From the NCBI GenBank assembly GCA_965279035.1, contig OZ257142.1, positions 3,392,001 through 3,456,000 on the forward strand: a stretch of 64,000 nt of DNA. The letters run 5' to 3'. Position numbers and translations under genes: made by a program. Origin of the DNA: Bacteroidia bacterium (lineage in GTDB: Bacteria > Bacteroidota > Bacteroidia > M30B66). Under the pieces are notes generated by a model. It saw only the letters and a program-made list of their open reading frames with translations, made no database searches and was not told the DNA's origin. Below, piece by piece: positions 37,716-47,999 of the stretch; the first letter of the stretch is position 1, and the number at the start of each line of letters is the position of its first letter.

Positions 37716-38175
37716 CCCATTATGCGGTTAAAAATTAAAAATATTCTTCAATAATGTTCATCACTTATGCCAATTTTCAACACTTGATAAAAGCTTTTAA
37801 ATAAAATTATTTTAAAGTAAAATTAGGTTTAAAAACGGATCAGTGCGATGGCTTTGTCTGGGCGGCGAGGGTGTGTTTCGACTTTGACTAGAAAATTGAA
37901 TGTCCGAGCAGAATGGTCGAAAAAAAGCCCTGCGGGTGAGCAGCATCGTCCAGACTTGAACTTTTTTATTCGTTCGTGTTTGTTTTTTAAAGGTACTCAT
38001 GAGGGCTTCGCCGTTGGTTAATTCTTGTTTCAAGACAAGAATTAACACGTCGTAGACAAACTTGAATGATGTAATGACAAGGTACTTAAACAGCCTTATT
38101 TCAATGATTGATATGAAATATTTATATATAAAAGTCAACCGCACAATAGGTTGAATTAATTTCATTTATTCAATT

Positions 38176-38218
38176 AAAAAAGGCTCATTTACTATCTAAC
38201 TAGTTAATGAGCCTTTTC
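38176..38218. terminator. Intrinsic, possibly bidirectional terminator after the DUF2147 gene
   Basis: AAAAGGCTCATT..AATGAGCCTTTT stem. Confidence 0.7.
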
Positions 38219-38236
38219 ATTTGAAGAATTTACAAA

Positions 38237-38677
38237 TCAACTTTTTCGCTTCCAATTCTCGGTTCGCCCTATGAGAGAAATGCCAATATATCCGCGTACA
38301 TCCAATGTATTTTTATCGGGCATAGTGATTTTGCAACTGTATGTTTTTCCTTCTTCCGGATCGTAAATAGTTCCGCCTTTCCAAACTTCATCATCGTAAA
38401 TAAAGTTCTTCAATAATAGATAACCCATTATAGGTGTGTTTCGCTTTGTTGGCTCAGGATTTTTCTTGTCAACTTTGGGTTTTCCAGTGATGGAATCGAG
38501 TGGTTCTTTTAACCAGATAATTGCACCGTAATAATGCTCCCCGCTTTTATAAATGCGAACATGAGCTTTTCCACTTTTGGGAATCCATGTTCCTTCTATA
38601 TCGCTTGCCTTTTGTGAATAGGCATGTTGAGTAGTTAAAACGAGTACAAATGAGAAAATTAAACTCAATAATTTCAT
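38237..38677 (-). CDS. DUF2147 domain-containing protein
   Basis: IEGTW..VRIYK..GAIIWL..DKKNP..WKGGTIYDPEEGKTYSC..LDVRGYIGISLIGRTENW. Confidence 0.9.
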   Translation of the reverse strand: MKLLSLIFSFVLVLTTQHAYSQKASDIEGTWIPKSGKAHVRIYKSGEHYYGAIIWLKEPLDSITGKPKVDKKNPEPTKRNTPIMGYLLLKNFIYDDEVWKGGTIYDPEEGKTYSCKITMPDKNTLDVRGYIGISLIGRTENWKRKS

Positions 38678-38717
38678 TTTTAATTCTGATTTTAATTTTT
38701 TAGATGATTTCCCAAAC

Positions 38718-40880
38718 TTATTTATTTCGTTTGAATATCCCTAGCACAGTTTTTCCAATTTCATCTAAACGAAGTAGATTCTCTGTTACAGAAGGCATCA
38801 TATTCAAATCCTTAAATCCCGAATCATTCAAATTAGAGGAAATTCCTTGAATTGGATAAATGAGTAAAACACTGTTTGACTTAAAATAGTTTTCAATTTG
38901 ACCAGGTATGCGCAACATAGCTGATTGGTATGAACGATGAAGCCTTCGACTCATTACAATCGTAAATAAATCATCTGGTTTTACATCACGTGAAAACAAT
39001 AAGAAATCATCCCAATTCGTAAAGGTTTCAAATTGAATATCAACCGGATGTTTTAATTGAATATCTCGGAAAAATTTGAGGCTGTTTTCATTTCCATAAA
39101 CAAGAAGTTTTGTTCCGGTATTTCGAGCTAAACTCCATACACGAATAAGCCATAATGCAAAACCAGCTTCGGTTTCGGAATTTGGTGGAATAACCAAAAT
39201 TTGCCGTTTGATTGTAGTTAAGGGCTGAGTAGGCCGATAAATAAATAATGTCGACTGAGTACTTTCCAAAATTTCTTCGACTAATTCTTTCGGAAATTTC
39301 TTCTCAATTCCTTCTCCAGCAGTAAATCCCAAAAGTATATCACTAATTTTTTGTTCTTGGATAACCGAAATGATTGCCTGACTTATACTACTATCATATC
39401 GCAATACAGGTTGTAATTTATGATCGGTTGCAGCTGCCGATTGAACAGCATGATCGAGAATTTTCTTGGCTGATTTCTCGTTTGATACTTCTGTTGGAGA
39501 ATTTCCTAACACCGATAATCCAAAGAAACCATTCGTATTTTTCTTTGATTTAATACTGATGCTAAGTTGAATTAATTCTTCAATTTGATTTTCGGAAAGA
39601 AGAGGAATGAGTATTTTTTCGGATTCAAGAACATTTCCATCTAATTGTTCTTCGGCTTCGAGCAAGGCAATGTTTCTACCGCCTTTTTGTGCAGCAAACG
39701 AAGCAATGGTGCAGGAAACTAGAATCATAAGAATAGTTCCATTAAGCACATATTCGTTAAGTAAACGAATAGGCTGACCATTTGCATCTGTTCCTAAAAT
39801 GATGTTGTAACCAACTAATACCGTTGCAAGCGTGGCGGCTGCTTGGGCATTACTAAGACTGAAAATAATACGACGTTCATCGCGTGAATAACCAAACGTT
39901 TTTTGTCCTAACCAAGAAGTTAAATATTTAGAACCCATGGCACAGAAAATCATGACAACAGCAACTTCTAATGTTTCCCAATCTTTAATAAATACGCGGT
40001 AATCGATTAACATTCCGATTCCAATGAGGAAAAATGGAATGAATAAAGCATTGCCAACGAATTCAATTCGATTCATTAATGCCGATGTATGGGGAATAAG
40101 TCGATTGAGTGCTAAACCGGCAAGGAATGCACCTATGATGGGTTCAATACCTGCAACTTCTGCAAGAAATCCTGCTAGAAAAACCATTCCCAAAACGAAG
40201 ATATATTGGGAAACACTTTCTTGATTGATTTTAAAAAACCATCGCCCAATGACGGGAAACAGGAAAAGTACAATCAATGCAAATAATAAAACTCCAATTC
40301 CTAACCGAATCCAGAATTCGTTATTTATTTCTCCGGTTGCCATTCCAGCTACAGCAGCCAAGACGAGCAATGCTAAAGTGTCGGTGATCATAGTTGCGCC
40401 CACCGTTACTGTAACAGCTCGGTTTTGTGCTACTCCTAATTTGCTGAGTAATGGATAAACAATGAGTGTGTGTGATGCAAACATACTCGCCAACAAAACC
40501 GATGTCATGAGCGAAAAATGCAGCACATAATATGTGACCGCCGTTCCAATAACCATCGGGAATATGAAGGTGTATAATCCTAAAATAACACTTTTCCCAC
40601 TGTTCTTTTTAAACTGAATTAAATCGATTTCAAGTCCGGCCATGAACATGATATACAGTAAACCAACTGTGCCGAAGAGCGTTACACTAGCATCGCGTAG
40701 CATGAGATTAAACCCAAATGGACCAATGAGTGCTCCTGCTATGATGAGGCCAATGAGTGGTGGTATTTTGACTCGATTAAGCAGTATCGGGACAAACAAG
40801 ACAATGAAAAGAATCAAGGAAAAAATGAGAACAGGATTCTTTAATGGAAGATTGAATTCGAGCGCGTTTAGAAAAAGCAT
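38718..40880 (-). CDS. Cation:proton antiporter (CPA2) with cytoplasmic C-terminal domain
   Basis: GLLYIMFMAGLEID, EPIIGAFLAGL, FIPFFLIGIGM; ATG 40880 preferred over 40919. Confidence 0.92.
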   Translation of the reverse strand: MLFLNALEFNLPLKNPVLIFSLILFIVLFVPILLNRVKIPPLIGLIIAGALIGPFGFNLMLRDASVTLFGTVGLLYIMFMAGLEIDLIQFKKNSGKSVILGLYTFIFPMVIGTAVTYYVLHFSLMTSVLLASMFASHTLIVYPLLSKLGVAQNRAVTVTVGATMITDTLALLVLAAVAGMATGEINNEFWIRLGIGVLLFALIVLFLFPVIGRWFFKINQESVSQYIFVLGMVFLAGFLAEVAGIEPIIGAFLAGLALNRLIPHTSALMNRIEFVGNALFIPFFLIGIGMLIDYRVFIKDWETLEVAVVMIFCAMGSKYLTSWLGQKTFGYSRDERRIIFSLSNAQAAATLATVLVGYNIILGTDANGQPIRLLNEYVLNGTILMILVSCTIASFAAQKGGRNIALLEAEEQLDGNVLESEKILIPLLSENQIEELIQLSISIKSKKNTNGFFGLSVLGNSPTEVSNEKSAKKILDHAVQSAAATDHKLQPVLRYDSSISQAIISVIQEQKISDILLGFTAGEGIEKKFPKELVEEILESTQSTLFIYRPTQPLTTIKRQILVIPPNSETEAGFALWLIRVWSLARNTGTKLLVYGNENSLKFFRDIQLKHPVDIQFETFTNWDDFLLFSRDVKPDDLFTIVMSRRLHRSYQSAMLRIPGQIENYFKSNSVLLIYPIQGISSNLNDSGFKDLNMMPSVTENLLRLDEIGKTVLGIFKRNK

Positions 40881-40995
40881 ACAAGTTGGGTTAAACCAAA
40901 TGTAGGCTAAACGAAGCATGAGAATTGGACAATAAAATTAATCGGTGAACAAGTATGATGATTAATCAGAATCGAATATTCGTTTTTACAAATGA

Positions 40996-41087
40996 GCGGT
41001 AAGGATTGAATGGATAGCCCGCAGCGTAAGCCGAAGCAATTGCTAAGGCTTACAGTGAGGACTAGGAATGAAAGCCTGACTGACCGC
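40996..41087 (+). ncRNA. Structured intergenic motif, Flavo-1-like (copy 2)
   Basis: GCGGT/ACCGC closing stem; GGATTGAATGGATAGCCCGCAG-hairpin(GTAAGCC..GGCTTAC)-GAGGACTAGGAATGAAAGCC. Confidence 0.5.
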
Positions 41088-41099
41088 CCAAAAAAAAAA

Positions 41100-43193
41100 T
41101 TATTTAGGATATTCTGTCCGCACATGATAAATATTCATAAGCATTTTCTTGAATAATTTTTTAATTGCGGTGATGTCTTTAAAAGTAATGTTGGCGTTGA
41201 TGTATTGATTGTCTTCGATTTGTTGACGAATAATGTCTTCGACTAATTTATCAATGGTTTCGCTGTTTATAATTTTGAGACTACGGGAAGTTGCTTCAAC
41301 TGCGTCTGCCATCATCACAACGGCGGTTTCGCGGGAGAATGGAATAGGGCCAGGATAGCGAAATGCAGCTTCATCTACTTCGGCATCGGGAAAATTTCGG
41401 AGGAAGGATTTATAGAAATATTGAACGCGTGAATTCCCATGATGCGTGCGAATAAAATCGATAATTTTTTCGGGTAATGAATGTTTTCGAGCGAGCTGAA
41501 TGCCGCGTTTAACGTGGGAAATAATGAGTCGGGCACTTTCGTCGAAATCGAGTTCATCGTGTGGATTTACACCTGTCACTTGATTTTCGATAAAATAACG
41601 CGCTAATTCCATTTTACCGATATCGTGGTAAAGTGCGCCAGTTCGGGTGAGTAGCGTGTTTCCACCAATACGAGAAATTCCAGCTTCCGCTAAATTTGCT
41701 ACTTGAAGCGAATGCTGAAATGTTCCGGGAGCCTGTAATGCCAATTGTTTGAGCAATGGATTGTTGGTATCGGAAAGTTCGAGCAGTGAAACATCACTCG
41801 TAAATCCAAATACTTTTTCGATGAAATAAATAATTGGATAGGAGAAAAGTGATAAGGCAGCACTAGCACATAACCAGGAAATCTCGCGGTATCGAATGGC
41901 ATGCGGTTGACCTTCGACCATGAGTGTAATGGCCATATAACACGCCAAATAAGCGATCGTTAACAGCGTGATTGTAATGAATAATTGCGAACGCTTACGC
42001 ATATTCACAATGCTGAAAATACAGGCAATACCACCCGTCATTTGAATGATAAAAAATTCGAATGGGTTGGGCACTAAAAATCCAATAATCATCATGGTAA
42101 GCAAATGGGCAAAAAGTGCCAAGCGCGTATCGAAAAATGATCGGATAATAATGGGCATGATGCAGAATGGAAAAATATACACACTCACTACATGCATGCG
42201 GGTTAGAAGGCTTACAAGTATTACCTCAACAACCACCAAACTAAATAGAAAACTCAATTTAATAGAGTCTTCAAATAAATCGCGTCGAAGCAAAATGAGA
42301 AACAAAAGGAGCATTGCCAAAAGCACTGTCACCATAGTTGTTTGACCTGCAATAACCCAAAACGGATCAATTTGCAAGGAACCTAATTGGGCTTCGTATT
42401 CTTGTCGTACAGATTCTAAAATCTGATATTTTTCTGGTGTAACGAGTTCTCCTTTAGAGATAACAAGTTCTCCTTTGCTCACCATTCCTCGGGTGAGGGA
42501 AATATTATTGATTGCTTTTTCGCGTGCCGATCGTGTTAATTGATCGCTGTAAAATACATTGGGAGTAATAAAACGTTCGAAGAATAATTTTAATTCAGGA
42601 TCTTTCCAATTGTCGCTACCATAGAGTTTTGTAGCGAATAATTTCATTGCGGCATCTTTGGTAAAATAATCAGAAACGCGTTTTTCTTCTGCAACATTTT
42701 CACGCATTTCAACAATTAAATTGGCTGATGCTTTTTCAGGACTATCAAGCATGTTTTGAAGCAAGCCACGGCTGTAAATTTCAGAAAGCCATTCCCGACC
42801 ATGTTCAATGATTTGCATCCGATCGTTACGAGCCGGAGCATATGCGCTGGCATCTACGCCCGTTACGCGACGAATAAATGTATCAAGTTCGACTGGAAGA
42901 TCGCGTTGCTTTTCATACAAAACAAGGTCATCGTGCACATAGTATTTTTTTCCAGCACGTTCGAGTAATGCTGTTTCATCGCGAATTTCGGCATCCGATT
43001 TATTGATGGCAAAATCGAAAGGAGCAATGAAATCGTTATGTAACCAGACTTTTCCTTTTACGAATTCATAACGAAATTTCCCTTCGCGAGGAAGTACATA
43101 CACCATGAGTGCAACACTGATGAAAAAGATCATCAGTTTAACAATCAGGTTGTGTTGATTAGAAAGATAGAATAGAATTTTCCGTGTTGCCAT
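41100..43193 (-). CDS. 7TM-HD (HDIG) phosphohydrolase, PgpH-like
   Basis: Extracytoplasmic domain, TM block, APGTFQHS, ALYHDIGK, RTHHG, YPGP, MMADAVEA. Confidence 0.93.
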   Translation of the reverse strand: MATRKILFYLSNQHNLIVKLMIFFISVALMVYVLPREGKFRYEFVKGKVWLHNDFIAPFDFAINKSDAEIRDETALLERAGKKYYVHDDLVLYEKQRDLPVELDTFIRRVTGVDASAYAPARNDRMQIIEHGREWLSEIYSRGLLQNMLDSPEKASANLIVEMRENVAEEKRVSDYFTKDAAMKLFATKLYGSDNWKDPELKLFFERFITPNVFYSDQLTRSAREKAINNISLTRGMVSKGELVISKGELVTPEKYQILESVRQEYEAQLGSLQIDPFWVIAGQTTMVTVLLAMLLLFLILLRRDLFEDSIKLSFLFSLVVVEVILVSLLTRMHVVSVYIFPFCIMPIIIRSFFDTRLALFAHLLTMMIIGFLVPNPFEFFIIQMTGGIACIFSIVNMRKRSQLFITITLLTIAYLACYMAITLMVEGQPHAIRYREISWLCASAALSLFSYPIIYFIEKVFGFTSDVSLLELSDTNNPLLKQLALQAPGTFQHSLQVANLAEAGISRIGGNTLLTRTGALYHDIGKMELARYFIENQVTGVNPHDELDFDESARLIISHVKRGIQLARKHSLPEKIIDFIRTHHGNSRVQYFYKSFLRNFPDAEVDEAAFRYPGPIPFSRETAVVMMADAVEATSRSLKIINSETIDKLVEDIIRQQIEDNQYINANITFKDITAIKKLFKKMLMNIYHVRTEYPK

Positions 43194-43236
43194 CGACTGC
43201 CAAGATACGGCGAATCAGAAAATCACATCAAGAAAA

Positions 43237-44913
43237 TTAAGCGAGATGAAAAGCCATTTTACGAAACAGGTCATCTGGGTTGAAAGGCTTATGGATAAAG
43301 TCGTTCATGCCGCAGCGACTGTACATATCGCCCACTTCATTGGCTTCAGAAGCAGATAAAGCAATGATAGGAAGTTTGATAAATTGAGATCCAACCAAAC
43401 GTCGAATCGATCGAGTGGCTTCATAACCGTCCATTTCGGGCATTTGAAGATCCATTAAAACAAGATCCACTTCATGCTCTCGCACATGATCCAAGGCTTC
43501 GCGTCCATTATTGACTATTTTGAGATTAACGCCCCAACCTTCGAGGAATTTTCGTGCAACAAGCTGATTAATGGCATTGTCTTCGGCTAATAGAACACGT
43601 ACATTTCTTAATGAATCGGACGAAACTAAATTTGCATTTTGAGTCGATTCAGTTTGAAGAGCAAATTCGAAATCGAGTTCAAATTGAAATTCGGAGCCTT
43701 GACCTGGCATACTCGATAAATGAATTTTGCTTTGTTTCATTTCGAGTAAGCGTTTACTGATAGCAAGTCCGAGTCCTGTTCCTCCGTATTTGCGAGTTGT
43801 ATCGGGTGTTGCTTGTGTGAAACGTTCGAAGATAATTTCTTGTTTTTCAATGGGGATTCCAATCCCAGTGTCACGAATGATAAATTGAAGTTTACATGAT
43901 TTCTCTTGCAAGGACTTTTGAGTGACCGCAACTAAAACTTTTCCTTCGTTGGTAAATTTTATTGCGTTGTTGATGAGATTCATTAGCACTTGAGTGAGTC
44001 GATTGGGATCACCAATTATTTGAGTTGGAATCTTTTCATCGAGCTCAATAAATAATGCAATATTTTTTTCTTTAGCTAAATGTTGCATAGATGCGCGCAA
44101 ATTATAAATCAATTCAGGTAAATTAAATGATGTTTTTTCCCATACAATTTTACCTGCTTCAATACGCGAATAATCAAGTATATCGTTAATGATATGCAAT
44201 AAATTACCAGAAGAAAATTTCAACACATTTAAATGTTCCATTTGATCTTTTCGGGGCAATTCTTGAATTAATAAATCGGTCATCCCAACCACTGCATTCA
44301 ATGGTGTTCTAAGCTCATGGCTCATGTTGGATAAGAACTGAGTTTTTAATTCGGCTACTTCTTCGGCTTTCTTTAAAGCATCTTTTAAACGAATTTCAGA
44401 TTTTCGATAGGCATGAACCATAAAATAAACAACAGTAAACGTACATGCAGAAGCAATAATGAAATTAATCGTATATAAATGAAATTGGGTAATATCGAGA
44501 CCTTGAACTTGATTATAAAATCGAGGAGATGCTCCAGGAATATTGGTTAAAACAAGTGTCAATAATGAGATTCCAATGCCAATAGTTCGAAATGGAATTT
44601 CTTTACGTTCGAATAATATAAATCCGCATAATATTGTTGAAACGAGATAATAATATAAGCCTGTATTCCCACCAAAACCATCATCATACATATATACATT
44701 GAGGCTAGCAAATAACATGGTGCTTAGCGATGCCCAAGCCAATTTATTTTTGTGAATTAAATAAACTGTTATAATCAGAGGCAGTAAATTGAGAATACCG
44801 ATATAAAATAAAAGCATCTCATTTTTCATCCACCAAATGATAAAAAAAGGAATGAATGCAATAGCCGAAAAAAGGCAAATTTGTTTCAGGAACAATGATC
44901 GATTCTCAAGCAT
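43237..44913 (-). CDS. Hybrid sensor histidine kinase/response regulator
   Basis: FLSNMSHELRTPLN, GGTGLGL, receiver LLAEDN..LMDLQMPEMDG..KP. Confidence 0.95.
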   Translation of the reverse strand: MLENRSLFLKQICLFSAIAFIPFFIIWWMKNEMLLFYIGILNLLPLIITVYLIHKNKLAWASLSTMLFASLNVYMYDDGFGGNTGLYYYLVSTILCGFILFERKEIPFRTIGIGISLLTLVLTNIPGASPRFYNQVQGLDITQFHLYTINFIIASACTFTVVYFMVHAYRKSEIRLKDALKKAEEVAELKTQFLSNMSHELRTPLNAVVGMTDLLIQELPRKDQMEHLNVLKFSSGNLLHIINDILDYSRIEAGKIVWEKTSFNLPELIYNLRASMQHLAKEKNIALFIELDEKIPTQIIGDPNRLTQVLMNLINNAIKFTNEGKVLVAVTQKSLQEKSCKLQFIIRDTGIGIPIEKQEIIFERFTQATPDTTRKYGGTGLGLAISKRLLEMKQSKIHLSSMPGQGSEFQFELDFEFALQTESTQNANLVSSDSLRNVRVLLAEDNAINQLVARKFLEGWGVNLKIVNNGREALDHVREHEVDLVLMDLQMPEMDGYEATRSIRRLVGSQFIKLPIIALSASEANEVGDMYSRCGMNDFIHKPFNPDDLFRKMAFHLA

Positions 44914-45021
44914 AGTTTTGTTTCATGTGCGTTATTAGTACGCTTAAAACAAGTCCCCGTTCTTTGATTTAAACGGAGGATTACGTTATTACTTACACAA
45001 GTAACACATAACTTTATGAAT

Positions 45022-46143
45022 TCAATTCGAAGCCGAATACCATGATCGAATAGCTTGAACTTCATGTTCCCAACTTAGTTCTGACGAGGCTTTCAGACAA
45101 TTTCTTCGATAATGAATTAATTGATCATTATTTTCTTTCAAATCTTTAATAAGCTTAGCTAAATATACCGGATCGTGTTGAATGGCTATTTTTCCCACAT
45201 CATATCCTTCAATAATTTTTTTTAATTCAGGTAGATTACTCGATAATACTGGAATGCCAGCATGGATATAATCAAAAACTTTATTGGGTAAACTAAATCG
45301 GTAATTAATATTGGTGTCTTTATCGAGTGTTAATCCAAGATCACAACAATGAGTGTAACTCATTAATTCAGCATAAGGCATGCGATCCAGAAATAAAACA
45401 CGTTCAGATAAATGATGATTTAAAACATATTCTTTCAATTTAGGAATCACATCACCAGAGCCAGCAATTATTAATATGCAATCATCCAAAAATTCCATCA
45501 TTTGCACCGCTTCTTCACCACCTCGATCGACATTTATCCCATTGCCTTGAAGGATGATGAGAAATTTGTTTTCTGGAAGATTTAATTCTTTTCGTGTTGC
45601 TGATTTGATAGTAATACTTGAAGGAATATTTCGAATTACTTTTAGATTGACGCCATATTCTTTTTCATACAATTCGGCGATGGAGCGATTTACAGTAACG
45701 ATTCTTTTTAAACGAGGGAAGATAAATCGTTCGATGCTTTTCCAAATGGCTTGGATCCTTGGTCGAGCTTGAAGTTCGGGAACGCCTGTAAAGTATTCGT
45801 GTGTATCATAAACCAATTGCTTTTTACGAATTACCGAAACGAGATAAGCTGGCAAAAGAGTATCGAGATCATTTGCGTGAATGGCATCACAACGAGTAAA
45901 AAGTAAGCGAAAAAACAATCGAACGGTGAGTTCCGCATAAAAAAATGGTCCGGTTTCGAAGAATAAATTCATGCGAATTGCTCGGAATGACCAAGCTGGA
46001 AGTGGCAAACTTTGAGACCTTTTTCTGCCTATTAACACAGGTTCATAACCCCATTCAACAAGGGAAGAACATACCTTTTGAACTCGTTGATCAGTAACGA
46101 GATCATTGCTTAAGGTAACTAAAACCCGAAGTTTGCGTGCCAT
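45022..46143 (-). CDS. Glycosyltransferase family 4
   Basis: DQRVQK, HANDLDTL, VYDTHEYF, SLPNKVFDYIHAGIPV. Confidence 0.9.
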   Translation of the reverse strand: MARKLRVLVTLSNDLVTDQRVQKVCSSLVEWGYEPVLIGRKRSQSLPLPAWSFRAIRMNLFFETGPFFYAELTVRLFFRLLFTRCDAIHANDLDTLLPAYLVSVIRKKQLVYDTHEYFTGVPELQARPRIQAIWKSIERFIFPRLKRIVTVNRSIAELYEKEYGVNLKVIRNIPSSITIKSATRKELNLPENKFLIILQGNGINVDRGGEEAVQMMEFLDDCILIIAGSGDVIPKLKEYVLNHHLSERVLFLDRMPYAELMSYTHCCDLGLTLDKDTNINYRFSLPNKVFDYIHAGIPVLSSNLPELKKIIEGYDVGKIAIQHDPVYLAKLIKDLKENNDQLIHYRRNCLKASSELSWEHEVQAIRSWYSASN

Positions 46144-46178
46144 GGGGCGAAGTTAACTAAGGCATCGGTGCATGCAAG

Positions 46179-46778
46179 ATGGAATTTGTACCTTTCGCTT
46201 TTAATTTTTGGGTAATGGAAGATATGAAAGCAGAGTTACGTTCAGGTATAGCAATAGGAGTTTGTAGTTTTCTCTGGCTTCTACTTGAATTTTTTCTTGG
46301 ATTTCATTCTGTTCGTATCGATTATCAACCCTTCTTCAATTTAATCTCTTTTACGATTCCAATTATAGGAATTTACTGGGCCATGAAGGCGAAAAGAGAT
46401 CGCTATTATGCAGGGAAAATTAGTTTTATTCAAGCTTTGAAAACGGGCTTATTCATTACACTGGTCATGAGTGTAATTAGTCCAATCTTGATGTTTTTAT
46501 ATCTCACCGTCGTGAATCCGAATTATCAAGCAACCATGTTAGGACATGAACGTTTGTTTATTGATGGATTAAATCTATCTCCGGAAGATAAAAATTCAAT
46601 GTTAACGAACGCTATTCAAAATTATTCGTTACTCGCACTCTTGTTAAAATCGTTTTTGATATCCGCTATTTCAGGTGGAATTTTGAGTTTCTTAACAGCT
46701 GCATTGATGAAAAGGAACAATCATGCAAAAGAAAAGTCGTCGGATCATTCAGTTAGTGATTACACAAAATCGACTTAA
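46179..46778 (+). CDS. DUF4199 family membrane protein
   Basis: Four TM helices; KRDRYYAGKISFIQALKTG..YLTVVNPNY; true start may be 46215. Confidence 0.75.
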   Translation: MEFVPFAFNFWVMEDMKAELRSGIAIGVCSFLWLLLEFFLGFHSVRIDYQPFFNLISFTIPIIGIYWAMKAKRDRYYAGKISFIQALKTGLFITLVMSVISPILMFLYLTVVNPNYQATMLGHERLFIDGLNLSPEDKNSMLTNAIQNYSLLALLLKSFLISAISGGILSFLTAALMKRNNHAKEKSSDHSVSDYTKST

Positions 46779-46843
46779 TTTATTTATTGAAATTTATTTT
46801 TTCAACCAGGATTACTCAGCTAGTTTTGATTTAGTTTCGAACT

Positions 46844-47863
46844 ATGTTTAAAGAAGAAAAAGTATCTATCAAAGCATACAATACATTCGGAATTGATGTG
46901 AGTTCAGATTGTTTTTCGATTGCTAAATCAGAAAACGATATTCATGAAGCATTAGCATTTCAGAATAAAAACAATCTTGCTTTATTGATCTTAGGCGGTG
47001 GTTCGAATATACTTTTTACTCGCAATGTTGAAGGACTTATTCTTCAAAATTCGTTAAAAGGAATTCGTTCAGAAATTCTCAATGATGATTCGATAATTGT
47101 AGAATCTGCAGCTGGTGAAAATTGGCACTCATTCGTTCAACATTGCATTGATCATAATTGGGGTGGATTAGAAAATCTATCATTAATTCCCGGAAATGTT
47201 GGTGCTTCACCCATGCAAAATATTGGCGCATATGGAGTGGAAATTAAAGATTCCTTTTATTCCCTTCGGGCGATGAAAATAGCTGATGGTAGCATACACG
47301 AATTTGATACTGCATCATGTAATTTTGGCTATCGGGAAAGTAGTTTCAAACGAGCATTGAAAGGACAATTCATCATCCTTTCGGTTCAATATAAATTGAG
47401 TAGAAGAAATCATGTGTTGAATACATCCTATGGAGCTATTTCACAAGAGATTGAAAAAATGTCGATTCAAAATCCGAGCATTCGAGATGTGAGTAATGCC
47501 GTAATAGCTATTCGTCGTTCTAAGCTTCCCAATCCTGCAGAAATTGGCAATGCAGGTAGCTTCTTCAAAAATCCAGTCGTTGAGAATTCACTACTTGAAA
47601 GCATTCGTTCAAATTATCCGAATGTTGTTGCTTATCCTGCCGGAGATAATCAATCTAAACTTGCAGCTGGCTGGCTCATTGAAACAGCTGGCTGGAAAGG
47701 ATATCGCCGCGCAGATGCAGGCGTCCACGCCTTTCAAGCACTCGTGCTCGTAAACTACGGCTCCGCTACTGGCGCACAAATCTGGCAACTATCTCAAGAT
47801 ATTGTCGACGATGTTCAATCTAAATTCGGTGTTGAACTCGAACGTGAGGTGAATGTGTATTGA
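46844..47863 (+). CDS. murB: UDP-N-acetylmuramate dehydrogenase
   Basis: LGGGSNIL, GLENLSLIPG.VGASPMQNIGAYG, FGYRES, GNAGSFFKNP, QALVLVN, LEREV. Confidence 0.97.
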   Translation: MFKEEKVSIKAYNTFGIDVSSDCFSIAKSENDIHEALAFQNKNNLALLILGGGSNILFTRNVEGLILQNSLKGIRSEILNDDSIIVESAAGENWHSFVQHCIDHNWGGLENLSLIPGNVGASPMQNIGAYGVEIKDSFYSLRAMKIADGSIHEFDTASCNFGYRESSFKRALKGQFIILSVQYKLSRRNHVLNTSYGAISQEIEKMSIQNPSIRDVSNAVIAIRRSKLPNPAEIGNAGSFFKNPVVENSLLESIRSNYPNVVAYPAGDNQSKLAAGWLIETAGWKGYRRADAGVHAFQALVLVNYGSATGAQIWQLSQDIVDDVQSKFGVELEREVNVY

Positions 47864-47999
47864 TGTGCTGGTGTGATGATGTGCTGGTGTGCTAGTGTTT
47901 TAATGTGCTGGTGTATTGGTTTGATTGGATCAGCACATCAACCAATCAGCACATCAACCAATCAGCACTTCAGCACATCAACTAATCAGCACACCATCA
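47861..47999. repeat. Symmetric inverted 8-mer array (8 x TGRTGTGC-like, spacer, 8 x GCACATCA-like)
   Basis: Fills the whole gap between the convergent stop codons of murB and the WG-repeat gene. Confidence 0.85.

Noticed and set aside
37812-38165. 117-aa minus-strand ORF; also considered SRP RNA, 6S RNA or tmRNA here
   Set aside because: The ORF has no recognisable features, and no SRP helix-8 motif or tRNA-like ends could be identified
47861-47999. Possible CRISPR array
   Set aside because: Units are 8 bp with no unique spacers, and no cas genes are present; the 547-674 doublet has only two copies
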